Origin: Bdellovibrionales bacterium
GTDB taxonomy: Bacteria; Bdellovibrionota; Bdellovibrionia; Bdellovibrionales; JAGQZY01
NCBI GenBank assembly: GCA_964230645.1
Contig: CAXRHT010000001.1
Coordinates: 512,001-576,000 of the forward strand
DNA: 64,000 nt
Reading direction: 5' to 3'
The notes under the pieces are model-generated. The model saw only the letters and a program-made list of their open reading frames with translations, made no database searches and was not told the origin of the DNA. Below, one piece after another: positions 18,571-28,232 of the stretch (positions within the stretch are counted from its first letter, which is position 1; every line of letters starts with the position of its first letter). Both the position numbers and the translations under genes were made by a program.

Positions 18571-19026
18571 ATGGAAGTATTTTTGATGCGACATGGTCGA
18601 AGACCTTACACCCTTGGGGACGTTCCTCTGAACGAGGAAGGCAAAGAGCAGGCGTTGGAACTCACTCAAAACCCAAGCCTACAAAATGTAAAAACCTTAC
18701 TCGCCTCCCCCAAAAAAAGAAGTCAGATGACCCTTGAGCCTTTGGCTAAAGAGCTTGGAGTAAAAATTCAAATCGAGGAAAATCTCGACCAGCATCGCTC
18801 GGGCGAAGACGAGGAGAGTTTTGTTCGAAGGGTGAGAACGGTGATCGATCAAATTTCTGATGGCCACTGGTCCTCCCCGATTCTTTTGTGTTCCCATAGT
18901 GATTGGCTCAGTCTTTCCACTCGCCTCATCCCCACGGATGAGATCGAGCTTGAACACCATATGTTTCAATGTGCGGAATACCTTCACTTTCAAATTGAAG
19001 AAGGACTCTGGAAGCTTAAAAGTTAA
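18571..19026 (+). CDS. Histidine phosphatase family protein
   Basis: RHG motif, LNEEGKEQA, ASPKKRSQMT and CSHSD. Confidence 0.85.
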   Translation: MEVFLMRHGRRPYTLGDVPLNEEGKEQALELTQNPSLQNVKTLLASPKKRSQMTLEPLAKELGVKIQIEENLDQHRSGEDEESFVRRVRTVIDQISDGHWSSPILLCSHSDWLSLSTRLIPTDEIELEHHMFQCAEYLHFQIEEGLWKLKS

Positions 19027-19933
19027 AAGAGCTATGAGGAACCCTGGGTTGGAAAACGAGGCGTTTTAAAACAAGGCCCATAACAATACCCACAAAAAAA
19101 CCAAGCAAATGGACCCAGTGAGCAACACTGCTTGAAAGGGCCGCTGGCTGAGCGAGTAGACCCGTAATATCTTCCAACATACAAAAAAGCAGCACCCAAT
19201 AGAGAGTGGGAACGTAAACAAAGCCTGAATGTTTCCTTGTGGGTAAAATTAAATAAAAAAGTCTGGTTTTGTGCTGAAACTCAAAAGCCAGAAGCACTCC
19301 GAGCAAAGCGCACAATGAACCACTGGCTCCCACAAGAGGAGAACCATTGAGCCCGGCCACAAAGGAAAAGAAATAAGCGGCCAGAGAGCCTCCTATGATA
19401 TAGACACTAAAGACCATAAAGCCTGAATAGCGCCTTTCAAGATATCCCCCGATAATCAGAATTAAGAGTACATTTCCCAAAAAGTGCAGAAAACCCTCAT
19501 GATAAAACTGGTAACTAATCGTAGAAAAGAAATCAAAATTCGTCTGACTCACTCCAAAAAGAAAGGGAGGATAATAGGCACGAACCACAAGGAAGCCCTG
19601 AATATCATCCCGCCAAGATTGAATGGCCACTTGATCACCACCCCATTCTTGTTTTGGAGCCTTTGCTAAAAAGTCCTCATCTCTAAAAGCCAAACGACCC
19701 ATCATTTCATTGTCTTGAATTTTTGCTAGACTTCGTTTTTGGTTAAACTGTCGATAGATCTGACCTTGGGTGTATAAAAAGTCTCTGTCCTTGTACCAAG
19801 CCTCAAACTCCTCACTGCACTGAGAAGATAGCGAATAATTTTGAGAAAACATAAAGGCGTTAAGAAGTATAATCAGCCAAGTGATTGGCGCTTTTGAAAA
19901 CTTTAAAAATCCATCGAGAAAAGGGATGATCAT
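19016..19933 (-). CDS. Rhomboid family intramembrane serine protease
   Basis: FYHEGFLHFLGN, GASG (catalytic Ser) and AHWVHLLGF motifs. Confidence 0.9.
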   Translation of the reverse strand: MIIPFLDGFLKFSKAPITWLIILLNAFMFSQNYSLSSQCSEEFEAWYKDRDFLYTQGQIYRQFNQKRSLAKIQDNEMMGRLAFRDEDFLAKAPKQEWGGDQVAIQSWRDDIQGFLVVRAYYPPFLFGVSQTNFDFFSTISYQFYHEGFLHFLGNVLLILIIGGYLERRYSGFMVFSVYIIGGSLAAYFFSFVAGLNGSPLVGASGSLCALLGVLLAFEFQHKTRLFYLILPTRKHSGFVYVPTLYWVLLFCMLEDITGLLAQPAALSSSVAHWVHLLGFFVGIVMGLVLKRLVFQPRVPHSSFNF

Positions 19934-21267
19934 AGTCGCCCTTTCAATTCCTCATAAATCTCTAAAAGCCGTTCCTGATTTTTAGGTGTTGAAGCCAAAC
20001 CACGTACATGACGGCGTTTTTTCAAATGAGGCCCCAACTTCTCTAAAAATTGCAGATGCTTCTTGATCGTTGAAGGCTTTTGAGATGGCCAGTTTTTATA
20101 AAAAAGTGCCAAAGCCTCAGCGTCTACTTTGGGATGGGTTTGATAAACCCAATAAGCTTGGTCGAATTTTTCTAGATGGAGCAGATTGTGAAACGACATA
20201 CTGGCTTTCAAACGATCAACAGAAGCACGATGCTTCACTTCAGAAAGTAGACGTAAGGCTTTTTCATATTTTTTTTCACTGCTAAAGAACATAGCTAAAC
20301 TCAAATCAACAAGCCGACTTTTTTCTTTATTCACAAGAAAAGCTTGCAGTTCCTCAACAGATTCTCTTTTTCGTGACGGACTTTTTCCTAACCATTGGGC
20401 CAAATGGCAAAGTGAGGACTGTTTTTCAATTTTACAGATTTCATTGAGATACTTTCTAGACTCCACAGGAGAATCCTTAAGGGCGAGCGCCATAGCGAAG
20501 TGGGATAAGCTTTTATCCTCTTCCTTCCATATTTTTTTTCGTGCTAAATCGTAAAGGCACTCGCTCGAAACACCTCTTTCTAGATGAACAATAATTAAAT
20601 CCTCAATGTCTTTTCCGAACTTTTCCTTTACCTGCTCACATTTTTCGTCTCCAAAAACCAGAGACTTAATACTCTCGCCTTTTTCCTCTGTGGCAGAAAA
20701 TAAATTGAGCGTCATGATTAAAAAGACAAAACCAAAAAAACCATTCATAGCGCGTGATAAAAACACTTCATAACGAGATGGAAGCCCTGCGGGACTTTTT
20801 GTACTGATCACTAATGTATCGGCGGATCGGTCGTGAAAAACTCTTCTTAAGGGATGAGAGAACATTGCGGACCAAAGCCAACCAAATGTAAAAAACTCGA
20901 CAATCAACAGAGCACTTCGTTGCAGACACTGTAAAAAGCTCAGGTTACCTTGATAGGAAATGACTTTTAGATGAAAGAACATCTTCCCAAGACTCTGGCC
21001 CTTCCAGTAGGTCATAATACTTTGGTAAAAGAAAAAGATGAAAAGAACCACAAGCACATTCATAAAGCGAAATTGGCTCGCCAAGTTTTCCGAATCTGAA
21101 AGTAAAGCCTCAAGCACTCCTCGTTTAAAGGGGGCCTGGAATAATTGAATGATCGGAAGTAAAATCACACCATCAAGGATAAAGGCCGCGAGGCGATCTT
21201 TGGGTGATGCCAGGCCAATCACTGAGGAAAAGTCTGTTTGTGGTGGAAATGTCCGATCCTTCATCAT
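19930..21267 (-). CDS. RDD family membrane protein with a helical (TPR-like) C-terminal domain
   Basis: RLAAFILD, GQSLGKMFFHLKV and FHDRSADTLV motifs. 4-nt overlap with the rhomboid gene. Confidence 0.8.
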   Translation of the reverse strand: MMKDRTFPPQTDFSSVIGLASPKDRLAAFILDGVILLPIIQLFQAPFKRGVLEALLSDSENLASQFRFMNVLVVLFIFFFYQSIMTYWKGQSLGKMFFHLKVISYQGNLSFLQCLQRSALLIVEFFTFGWLWSAMFSHPLRRVFHDRSADTLVISTKSPAGLPSRYEVFLSRAMNGFFGFVFLIMTLNLFSATEEKGESIKSLVFGDEKCEQVKEKFGKDIEDLIIVHLERGVSSECLYDLARKKIWKEEDKSLSHFAMALALKDSPVESRKYLNEICKIEKQSSLCHLAQWLGKSPSRKRESVEELQAFLVNKEKSRLVDLSLAMFFSSEKKYEKALRLLSEVKHRASVDRLKASMSFHNLLHLEKFDQAYWVYQTHPKVDAEALALFYKNWPSQKPSTIKKHLQFLEKLGPHLKKRRHVRGLASTPKNQERLLEIYEELKGRL

Positions 21268-21306
21268 AAAGGCCTATCGGCATTTCCGGGCTTTTAATAA
21301 AAATAA

Positions 21307-21939
21307 TTATTGAACAGTCATCGAAAGAAGGTTTTGGTTTTCATCAAGTAAAACCTGGACTGTGCCAACGGCTTGGCCTTGGCCATCGATCATGCGGAAT
21401 TTCTCGATCATACGATCACTATTATTTTCTACGTGAATGGGCTCAATCTTTTCGGCTTGCTTGGAAAAAAGACCTAAATTTTTTGTTAGGAATTTCTTTC
21501 GCTCTAATAGGGCCTTGGGGCGTCTTTGCTCATCAGCGGTAAATTGTACCTCTGCAATGCGACCATCAATCTTTCTGATCAGGTAATCTCCCTCAAGAGC
21601 TCCAAAAGCAAAATTATCAAAGACTGTGGGCTTTTTACCGACATTGGCCAAGTCGCGCGCTTTTGATTTTTCAAGAACTTCGAAAGCTCTTTTTTCCCAT
21701 GAAACCTTGAAGATAGGATTGATACTGGCAATCGACCTGGAATTTGCAGATGTCGCTTCACCAGCCACTGCTTTTGACTGGGCGGCTTGCTTTTCAGCGA
21801 AGAGGGCACTATTCACCCCGATGGCCATCACTAAGATCACCATCAAACTTCCTGCTAACATCCATTTGGCTTCAGACTGCGTCATGCTAACTTTAGATTT
21901 ACGTTTATTTGGAAATAAAATCAAATTGTCTTTAGACAT
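21307..21939 (-). CDS. Single-TM hypothetical protein
   Basis: ATG 21939 follows GGGGGG. One TM segment followed by an RSIAS motif. Confidence 0.7.
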   Translation of the reverse strand: MSKDNLILFPNKRKSKVSMTQSEAKWMLAGSLMVILVMAIGVNSALFAEKQAAQSKAVAGEATSANSRSIASINPIFKVSWEKRAFEVLEKSKARDLANVGKKPTVFDNFAFGALEGDYLIRKIDGRIAEVQFTADEQRRPKALLERKKFLTKNLGLFSKQAEKIEPIHVENNSDRMIEKFRMIDGQGQAVGTVQVLLDENQNLLSMTVQ

Positions 21940-22082
21940 TCGTCCCCCCGGATTCACCCTTTTAGAGTGCAAGACAGCGGCCAGGTCTCCCCTACTTCTT
22001 TTCGATTTGAGCCTCTAAAAACTGCACAAGTGACAAAAAAGGTTTGACGTTTCAATAAGATACGTTTCAAAGTGAGATAGAA

Positions 22083-22568
22083 ATGAAGCTTTATCTTGTT
22101 CGACACGCACCTGCTGAATACCGACACACTTTTGCCCAGACGGGACAACCGGACCATCTTCGCCCCCTGACCGACAAAGGCATTCAGCGTATGAAAGATG
22201 TTCTTAATTTTTTTCAAAGGTCAGAGTCTCACCTCGATGTTGTTTTGCAGAGTCCTTTCACGCGCTGCCAGCAAACCGGTGATATCTTTAAAGAGTATTA
22301 TCCAGAGGCTAACTACATCACCACCGATAATTTGACTCCTGATCATTCCGCAAAAAAACTTTTCGAGGAAATTCAATCTCACAATGTCGATGCTATGGCT
22401 GTCATCGGTCATGAACCCGATATGGGAATGTTTCTAAGTTGGCTTCTTTTTCATCAAGCCACCGATCATTTTCCTTTTAAAAAGTCGGGAATCGCCAAGG
22501 TGGATTTGTATAAAGATGGGCGCTCTTATCTTAAATGGCTGGTTCGCCCTAAGATGGCCCAAATATAA
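22083..22568 (+). CDS. sixA: Phosphohistidine phosphatase SixA
   Basis: LYLVRHA, RPLTDKG, SPFTRCQQT, IGHEPD and FKKSG motifs. Confidence 0.85.
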   Translation: MKLYLVRHAPAEYRHTFAQTGQPDHLRPLTDKGIQRMKDVLNFFQRSESHLDVVLQSPFTRCQQTGDIFKEYYPEANYITTDNLTPDHSAKKLFEEIQSHNVDAMAVIGHEPDMGMFLSWLLFHQATDHFPFKKSGIAKVDLYKDGRSYLKWLVRPKMAQI

Positions 22569-22660
22569 AAAAAGTCGGCCCCCTGTATGGCAAGAGGAGA
22601 CCGACTTAAAACTCCTTAAGACTTTCGGCACGTATAAAAGTCCTAGTGATTTATCTTATT
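22567..22660 (-). ncRNA. Candidate small RNA (stem-loop plus intrinsic terminator) between sixA and the Fis-like gene; 5' end uncertain
   Basis: On the minus strand: a 9-bp stem (22645-22637/22625-22617), then a 13-bp stem (22607-22595/22584-22572) and a U-tract. Its G-U pairs work only on the minus strand. It lies downstream of the Fis-like gene's own terminator. Confidence 0.4.
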
Positions 22661-22736
22661 GAAATGACGCTCAATAAAACTAATAGCACAATCGGTCTCA
22701 AACAAAAAAACTTTATACTTTATTTTTAAAAATGTA

Positions 22737-22769
22737 AAAAAAAAGCCCATCCGGGCGGATGAGCTTTTT
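22737..22769 (-). terminator. Intrinsic terminator of the Fis-like gene
   Basis: AAAAAGCTCATCCG-CC-CGGATGGGCTTTTTTTT on the minus strand, about 20 nt after the stop. Confidence 0.8.
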
Positions 22770-22789
22770 CAAAGAATATTGATCGTCTA

Positions 22790-23185
22790 TTAAGCGGCTT
22801 TCTTACGACGCGCTAACGCTGGATCAATATTGTAAAGCTTTACTTTACGATAAAGAGTGGCTCGACCAATACCTAAGGCCTTAGCTGCCTCTGTTAAGTT
22901 TCCTCTATAAGCATGAATGGCTTGCTCGATGGCTTGCGCCTCAAGATCATTCATTTTAGAAACTTTAGAAGACTGCGAAGGAAAAGGAACAACGTTACTG
23001 TTGTTACTTGGCAATCCACCGCTGTGATTTAATGGATTGGATCCAGATGCTAAACTTGGGTAAAAACCATTGTTCGCATTAGGATTGCGAACTTCGCATT
23101 CCATCCCACAGCTTGCAGCGAAGTCCTTAGCCTTCTGAACAAGTACTGGATCTTCACTTACTACGATAAACTTAGATTGTGTCAT
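22790..23185 (-). CDS. Stand-alone Fis-type (HTH_8) DNA-binding protein
   Basis: LEAQAIEQAI...GNLTEAAKALGIGRATLYRKVK. GGAGG RBS. No AAA+ domain. Confidence 0.85.
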   Translation of the reverse strand: MTQSKFIVVSEDPVLVQKAKDFAASCGMECEVRNPNANNGFYPSLASGSNPLNHSGGLPSNNSNVVPFPSQSSKVSKMNDLEAQAIEQAIHAYRGNLTEAAKALGIGRATLYRKVKLYNIDPALARRKKAA

Positions 23186-23477
23186 ATTGAATACCTCCCA
23201 AACCCTATTTGTGTTTCGTTATGACAAATAAGCCTTATGTCATTTGACTTACAATGAACCTATCGGTGGTTCATCTTGAGAACATGAGGAATTTTTTTCC
23301 CAGATTTTAGTCTAGTTGCGCAAACCCCTAAAACTATTGGATTTTTGCTTTCATAATTTATAATTATAGGTTTTCGGCTAGGTTATTTTTGCCGTTATTC
23401 TCAGAGTGAGACACTTTTTGAGACAGTATTTAGTATCTCTTTGACTCAATCAAAAGCCTTCTTTAAAAGTCTCTATT

Positions 23478-23978
23478 ATGGACACTACAAAAACAAAAAT
23501 TACACTGGCCGGTGGCTGCTTCTGGGGCGTTGAAGAACTTTTTAGAAAAGAGCCCGGAGTCTTAAAAACGGAAGTGGGCTACTCAGGTGGTCAAACTAAT
23601 AACCCGACCTACGAGACTGTAAAGACGGGAGAAACTGGGCATGCCGAGGCCATTGAAGTCACCGTAGATCTCTCTGAAACTTCTTACGAAGAGATTTTTC
23701 GCTTCTTCTTTAGTATCCACGACCCAACCACTTTGAATCGCCAAGGCAACGACCGAGGCAGTCAGTATCGCTCAGCCATTTTTTATAGAAATGAAGAAGA
23801 AAAACAAGCGGCGCAAAAAGTGATCGCTGAAATTAAAGATCAAAATAGGTGGAAGGGTGAGATTGTCACCGAGATTGTGCCTTTTGATGCTTTTTATAGT
23901 GCCGAAGACTTTCACCAGGACTATTTGCAAAAACATCCTGGTGGTTACACTTGTCATTTTCAACGCTATAAACCTTAA
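23478..23978 (+). CDS. msrA: Peptide-methionine (S)-S-oxide reductase
   Basis: GGCFWG, GHAEAI, HDPTTLNRQGND, AEDFHQDY and GYTCH motifs. Confidence 0.95.
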   Translation: MDTTKTKITLAGGCFWGVEELFRKEPGVLKTEVGYSGGQTNNPTYETVKTGETGHAEAIEVTVDLSETSYEEIFRFFFSIHDPTTLNRQGNDRGSQYRSAIFYRNEEEKQAAQKVIAEIKDQNRWKGEIVTEIVPFDAFYSAEDFHQDYLQKHPGGYTCHFQRYKP

Positions 23979-24054
23979 CGAGATTGTCTCACTGACTTCA
24001 ATGAGGCGATCCTTTGCGATTAAGCTCCAAAAGATTAAAGCGTTTTATTCTGCC

Positions 24055-25020
24055 TTAAAATTGAGTTTGATAAATCGGAACGTATATAGAGGCTTCTTTC
24101 TTATCACCTTGAGTAAATTGCGCAGTGAATACGATCACATCCCACCAGGTATGAACAAAGATCGCCTCTTTTAAACTCCAACCATTTTTGCGGGCAAGCC
24201 AACCGAAATAATAACCAGCGGCTGTTTGAAAGATCGGAAAGGGATTATCTCTTGAAAGGTGGGCCGCACCGAAAATAGCCGCTTGGGTGAGGTTTGCCCA
24301 GAAAGTATTATTTTCTCCGTAGGCTTCTACAAAAAGGGGAAACATCCAACCTCTAAAAAGAGCTTCCTCCCCTACCCCAGCGTTATAGGAAATTCCCGAG
24401 GCAAAGAGCACATCTCCTGCGTTGAGCTGTCTTGTTTCATAGTTATCATTCGCACCTGCAACAATGCCTAAGCCTAGACCGGCGACAAGAGGAAGAATTG
24501 TGGTCCATCTTCCTAAGTTTGAAAATTCGAAAGGAGCAAGCATCAACTGGTCTGTGGTTTCGCCTTGCTGAGGGAGAAAGGCAAAATCCCCCTTCTTTTG
24601 ACGGGAGATCACGGTCGTTCTAAAGGTGTGGTAAAGACTCAAACTTCCCGCCAAGTCGTAAGTTTTCATTCCCCAGGCAAAGCGGCGAGCCGTGTCGTCA
24701 AAACTATCCAGATCGGCGATCTCATCGCCTTCTTCGGCCTGTTTGTTCCATTCGATCACTGCTGAGGCGGCTGTCCCTAAACCCACAGCGCCGACCGAAG
24801 AATACACAAAGCCCGCCCCTGTCTGTCCATTCATAAACTGACCGATTCCAGGAGCGACATAAGAAAGAAGTGGAAACCAAACGGCTGACCCTCTCTCTTT
24901 TCCGGGTCGCTTCATTTCATTGGAAAAAATAGAGGAGGAGGACTCTTCGTCCTCTTGCGCCCAGCATGGATTCATTAAAAATTGCAACAAGAGACAAGTC
25001 ATCAGTGCTGTTTTTTTCAT
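24055..25020 (-). CDS. CPBP (CAAX/Abi) family intramembrane protease
   Basis: EEALFRG, FGAAH and HTWWD motifs. N-terminal signal peptide. Confidence 0.8.
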   Translation of the reverse strand: MKKTALMTCLLLQFLMNPCWAQEDEESSSSIFSNEMKRPGKERGSAVWFPLLSYVAPGIGQFMNGQTGAGFVYSSVGAVGLGTAASAVIEWNKQAEEGDEIADLDSFDDTARRFAWGMKTYDLAGSLSLYHTFRTTVISRQKKGDFAFLPQQGETTDQLMLAPFEFSNLGRWTTILPLVAGLGLGIVAGANDNYETRQLNAGDVLFASGISYNAGVGEEALFRGWMFPLFVEAYGENNTFWANLTQAAIFGAAHLSRDNPFPIFQTAAGYYFGWLARKNGWSLKEAIFVHTWWDVIVFTAQFTQGDKKEASIYVPIYQTQF

Positions 25021-25029
25021 AACTCTTCC

Positions 25030-26328
25030 TTATGTTGGGTCGGGAGGATTGAGCTGCCCTTCGGAGCCTGCCACCACGGTGGCGACGACGGCATCTCCGG
25101 TAACATTTGTGACGGTTCTAACCATATCAAGAATTCGGTCCACACCCAGAATCAATGCAATACCAGAGCTTGGAACACCTATTGACTCGAGAATGACGAC
25201 CAACATGATAATGCCCGCACCGGGAACCGAGGCGGTACCGATGGAAGCGAGAACGGCTGTTAGAATAATTGTTAATTGCTGGGTAAAGTTTAAATCAATC
25301 CCCATAGCTTGTGAGATAAAGATAGCGGCGACAGCTTGATAGAGACCCGTGCCGTCCATATTAATTGTGGCCCCCAGTGGAAGCACAAATGAAGCCACTT
25401 CTTCTGAAACACCTAGCTCTTCTTCACATCTCTCCATTGTAAGCGGAAGTGTCGCTCCACTAGAACTTGTGGAAAAAGCTAATAGCTGAACAGGAGCCAT
25501 TCCCTTAAAAAAGGTATAAAGGGGCATATTTGTGAAAAGCTTTAAAACGAGCGGAAGAAAAATCAAAGAGTGAATCCCTAAACCCAATATCACAGCAAAA
25601 CAATAAAGCCCTAGAGCTCCAAGAAGTTCTAAAATCTGATCAAAACCCTGGCCAGCAAATGCGGTAACCGTTTTAGCAAGGAGAGCAAAAACTCCAAGGG
25701 GCGCCATTAACATAATAAGGTCGACCATATTGATGATAACATCATTGGCACTGTCAAAAAAATCGAGCATCGGTTTTGCTTTTTTACTTTCTACCTGGAT
25801 CAAACCGATTCCGAAAAGAATGGCGAAAAAAACAATTTGAAGCATGGCTCGATTATCTGTGGAAGCATCAAAGATATTTTCTGGCACCATATCTACAATA
25901 GGCTGTAGGGGGCCTTTTTGCTTTTCCCCTTGAACTCGGACAGAGGTCTCGGTCACATCACTTTCATAGAGAGCTTGAAGTTGATCGCGCATCTCCTCTG
26001 GAACGGAAAGTCCCGGATTGATTACATTGGCTATCAGAACACCCGTGGTTAAGGCGAAAACCGTTGTTACCATGTAGAGACCAATTGTCTTGCCGCCTAT
26101 TCGAGACAACTTCTGCAAGTCAGAGAGCGAAGCAACCCCAGCAATAAGAGAGGCCAATACTAAAGGCACAGCAATTAACTTTAGAAGGCGAACGAAAATT
26201 GTTCCCCAAGGATTAATCCAATTATTAGTGAAGTCCACCAAACCGACTTGAATGGCAATCACTCCATAAATCAGCCCAAGGATCAAGGCGACCAGAATTT
26301 GCACGTGCAACGGGATTTTTTTAAACAT
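25030..26328 (-). CDS. Dicarboxylate/amino acid:cation symporter (DAACS, GltP-like)
   Basis: AFSTSSSGATLP, PLGATINMDGT and DRILDMVRTVTNVTGD motifs. Confidence 0.93.
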   Translation of the reverse strand: MFKKIPLHVQILVALILGLIYGVIAIQVGLVDFTNNWINPWGTIFVRLLKLIAVPLVLASLIAGVASLSDLQKLSRIGGKTIGLYMVTTVFALTTGVLIANVINPGLSVPEEMRDQLQALYESDVTETSVRVQGEKQKGPLQPIVDMVPENIFDASTDNRAMLQIVFFAILFGIGLIQVESKKAKPMLDFFDSANDVIINMVDLIMLMAPLGVFALLAKTVTAFAGQGFDQILELLGALGLYCFAVILGLGIHSLIFLPLVLKLFTNMPLYTFFKGMAPVQLLAFSTSSSGATLPLTMERCEEELGVSEEVASFVLPLGATINMDGTGLYQAVAAIFISQAMGIDLNFTQQLTIILTAVLASIGTASVPGAGIIMLVVILESIGVPSSGIALILGVDRILDMVRTVTNVTGDAVVATVVAGSEGQLNPPDPT

Positions 26329-26427
26329 GATGAGTCACTCCGATAGAATTTCACTATGGCAAAAAGTCGCTTTGCCTTCATTAAAATTAAGAATTTATGT
26401 GAAACGCGTCACGAATTCACAGTCCTA

Positions 26428-27411
26428 CTAAGGTAGATTCTTCACAACGTCGCGGTACTCTAAGGCTGTTTCCCAGAAAATATCCTGTATACTTTTCACA
26501 TTCTCAATATTTCCAACACCGTGACCGGCACTGTAGGTGTTTTTATAAGAGAGTTTCTGGTCGGGGTTACCTAGAAGGGCCCTCCCAGCTCTAAATAAAG
26601 AGACCGCTCTTTTAACCTTTTTGCTCTGACTGAGGACATTGTCCACCACATTGGGTTTGAGTAATTTTTTTATCTCTTCGGTTTTTATAAAATTTCCAGG
26701 GAACCCGTCCACACGATCGGTGTTGACGATGTCGTCGCAACCCGCCTCTAGAATAGCGTCCTTATACTCATTTTTGACTTGAGCTTCCTTGCTGGCAATA
26801 ACTCGAGTGCCCATATAAATTCCATCGGCCCCTAAACTCAAAGCGGCCGCCATTGAACCACCGTCATTCATACAGCCAGCCGCGATTAAGGGTAAATCAA
26901 TATGTTTTTTTAAATAGGGGATCAGTGCAAATAAAGAGGTGTCCCCAGCATGGCCACCGGCCCCACTTCCAACCGCGATCAATCCATGGGCTCCTTGGTC
27001 GGCCACCTTTTTAGCGTGAGTCAGCCCCACAACATCACAGAAAATTTTAGTTTTTGTTCCCTCCGCCCTTTTGATTAAATTTTTCGGGCTTCCAAGTGAA
27101 GTAATGATAAGAGGGACTTCGTTTTCTAGAGCGATATCAATCTGTTGTTCTTGGAAGCGATTGGATTTTTGAACAATAATGTTAATCCCAAAAGGCTTGC
27201 CCGAAAGACTCTCTGTGAGACCTTTTACTACTTCTTCAAATTTTTCAATCGGCCTATAATTAAGGGCTGGAAAGCACCCAAGTCCACCCGCTTGAGCAGA
27301 AGCCTCGACCATCTTCTGATTGCTTACTAAAAACATAGGAGCACTCAAAATGGGATAATCGATATTAAACATTTCCGTGATAGCAGTTGGGATTTTTGCT
27401 GGTTTTTCCAC
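26428..27411 (-). CDS. Nitronate monooxygenase / FabK-like flavin oxidoreductase
   Basis: APMFLVS, ITSLG, GAGGHAG, YMGTRVIAS and SAGHGV motifs. Confidence 0.85.
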   Translation of the reverse strand: MEKPAKIPTAITEMFNIDYPILSAPMFLVSNQKMVEASAQAGGLGCFPALNYRPIEKFEEVVKGLTESLSGKPFGINIIVQKSNRFQEQQIDIALENEVPLIITSLGSPKNLIKRAEGTKTKIFCDVVGLTHAKKVADQGAHGLIAVGSGAGGHAGDTSLFALIPYLKKHIDLPLIAAGCMNDGGSMAAALSLGADGIYMGTRVIASKEAQVKNEYKDAILEAGCDDIVNTDRVDGFPGNFIKTEEIKKLLKPNVVDNVLSQSKKVKRAVSLFRAGRALLGNPDQKLSYKNTYSAGHGVGNIENVKSIQDIFWETALEYRDVVKNLP

Positions 27412-27507
27412 TTTGGATATACTCCTATATTTACATTACAAAATCATTTCGGTATCTTTTATAGCAGACTTTGTCTTGAAGTTGTATGAAAGCTTTCAAC
27501 TAGAAGG

Positions 27508-28011
27508 GTGGCTATGAAATTGAATATCAAAGATCAACTGGATGCCTATCTGCCCGAAAAAACCAAGGCCAACCTTCTACTCAAAGCCTTTAGCTTGGGT
27601 AAGGTGCCTCTATTGTTCTTGACAGGAGCATCCATTCAATCGATTGATGTTAATCACTGCCAGATTAAAATGCCATTTAACAAGCTTATTAAAAATCACC
27701 TGGGCAGTGTGTACTTTGGTGCCCTAGCTATTGGCGCGGATGCTTGTGTGGGATTTTTAGCGGCCTACCAAATTGAGAAGACTCAGAGGCCTATAAGTTT
27801 GGTTTTTAAATCTTTCGAAGCGCAATTTTTGAAGCGAGCCGAGGGCCCTACTATTTTTTCGTGTGATCAAGGCGAACGAATCAACGAACTCATCCAAAAG
27901 TGCATGAAAACCGGTGAGCGGCACCACGATAAGATTGCAGCCAAAGCTATGTGCCGCGGTGAAATCGTGGCTGAATTTCAGCTCGAACTTTCCTTAAAGA
28001 TTAAAAGCTGA
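27508..28011 (+). CDS. Hotdog-fold thioesterase-like protein (DUF4442/YiiD-C-like)
   Basis: KNHLGSVYFGALAIGAD and FLKRAEG motifs. Confidence 0.75.
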   Translation: MAMKLNIKDQLDAYLPEKTKANLLLKAFSLGKVPLLFLTGASIQSIDVNHCQIKMPFNKLIKNHLGSVYFGALAIGADACVGFLAAYQIEKTQRPISLVFKSFEAQFLKRAEGPTIFSCDQGERINELIQKCMKTGERHHDKIAAKAMCRGEIVAEFQLELSLKIKS

Positions 28012-28181
28012 GTCACCACCCCAACCAAGGGCTAGCTTGAGTAAATAATAGTTATTTTTACAGTGAATAAAGATTCTCATCTCCCACTTTTTTTCGCTCG
28101 ACTTTGGGGAAGAAATTTTAACAAAATTTCTTTTAAATCCCCTCTTTCATGAAAAATCCGACTTAAGCCCAGTTCCTCCGT

Positions 28182-28208
28182 TAAAATTTATCTGAATACG
28201 CCCGATAA
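28182..28208 (+). promoter_or_regulatory. Putative sigma28 (FliA) promoter
   Basis: TAAA-N15-CCCGATAA with canonical spacing, 24 nt upstream of ATG 28233. Confidence 0.6.
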
Positions 28209-28232
28209 GTCTTTAAGTTAAAAGCGCTTTTT

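Noticed and set aside
23300..23345. c-di-GMP-I riboswitch suggested by GCAAACC
   Set aside because: I could not find the downstream GNRA-loop stem, GCAAAG motif or second hairpin.
24920..25339. Antisense and alternate-frame ORFs over well-supported genes (also 5756-6139, 21626-22018, 28832-29170 and 42173-42550)
   Set aside because: They are shadow ORFs with no motifs or RBS support.
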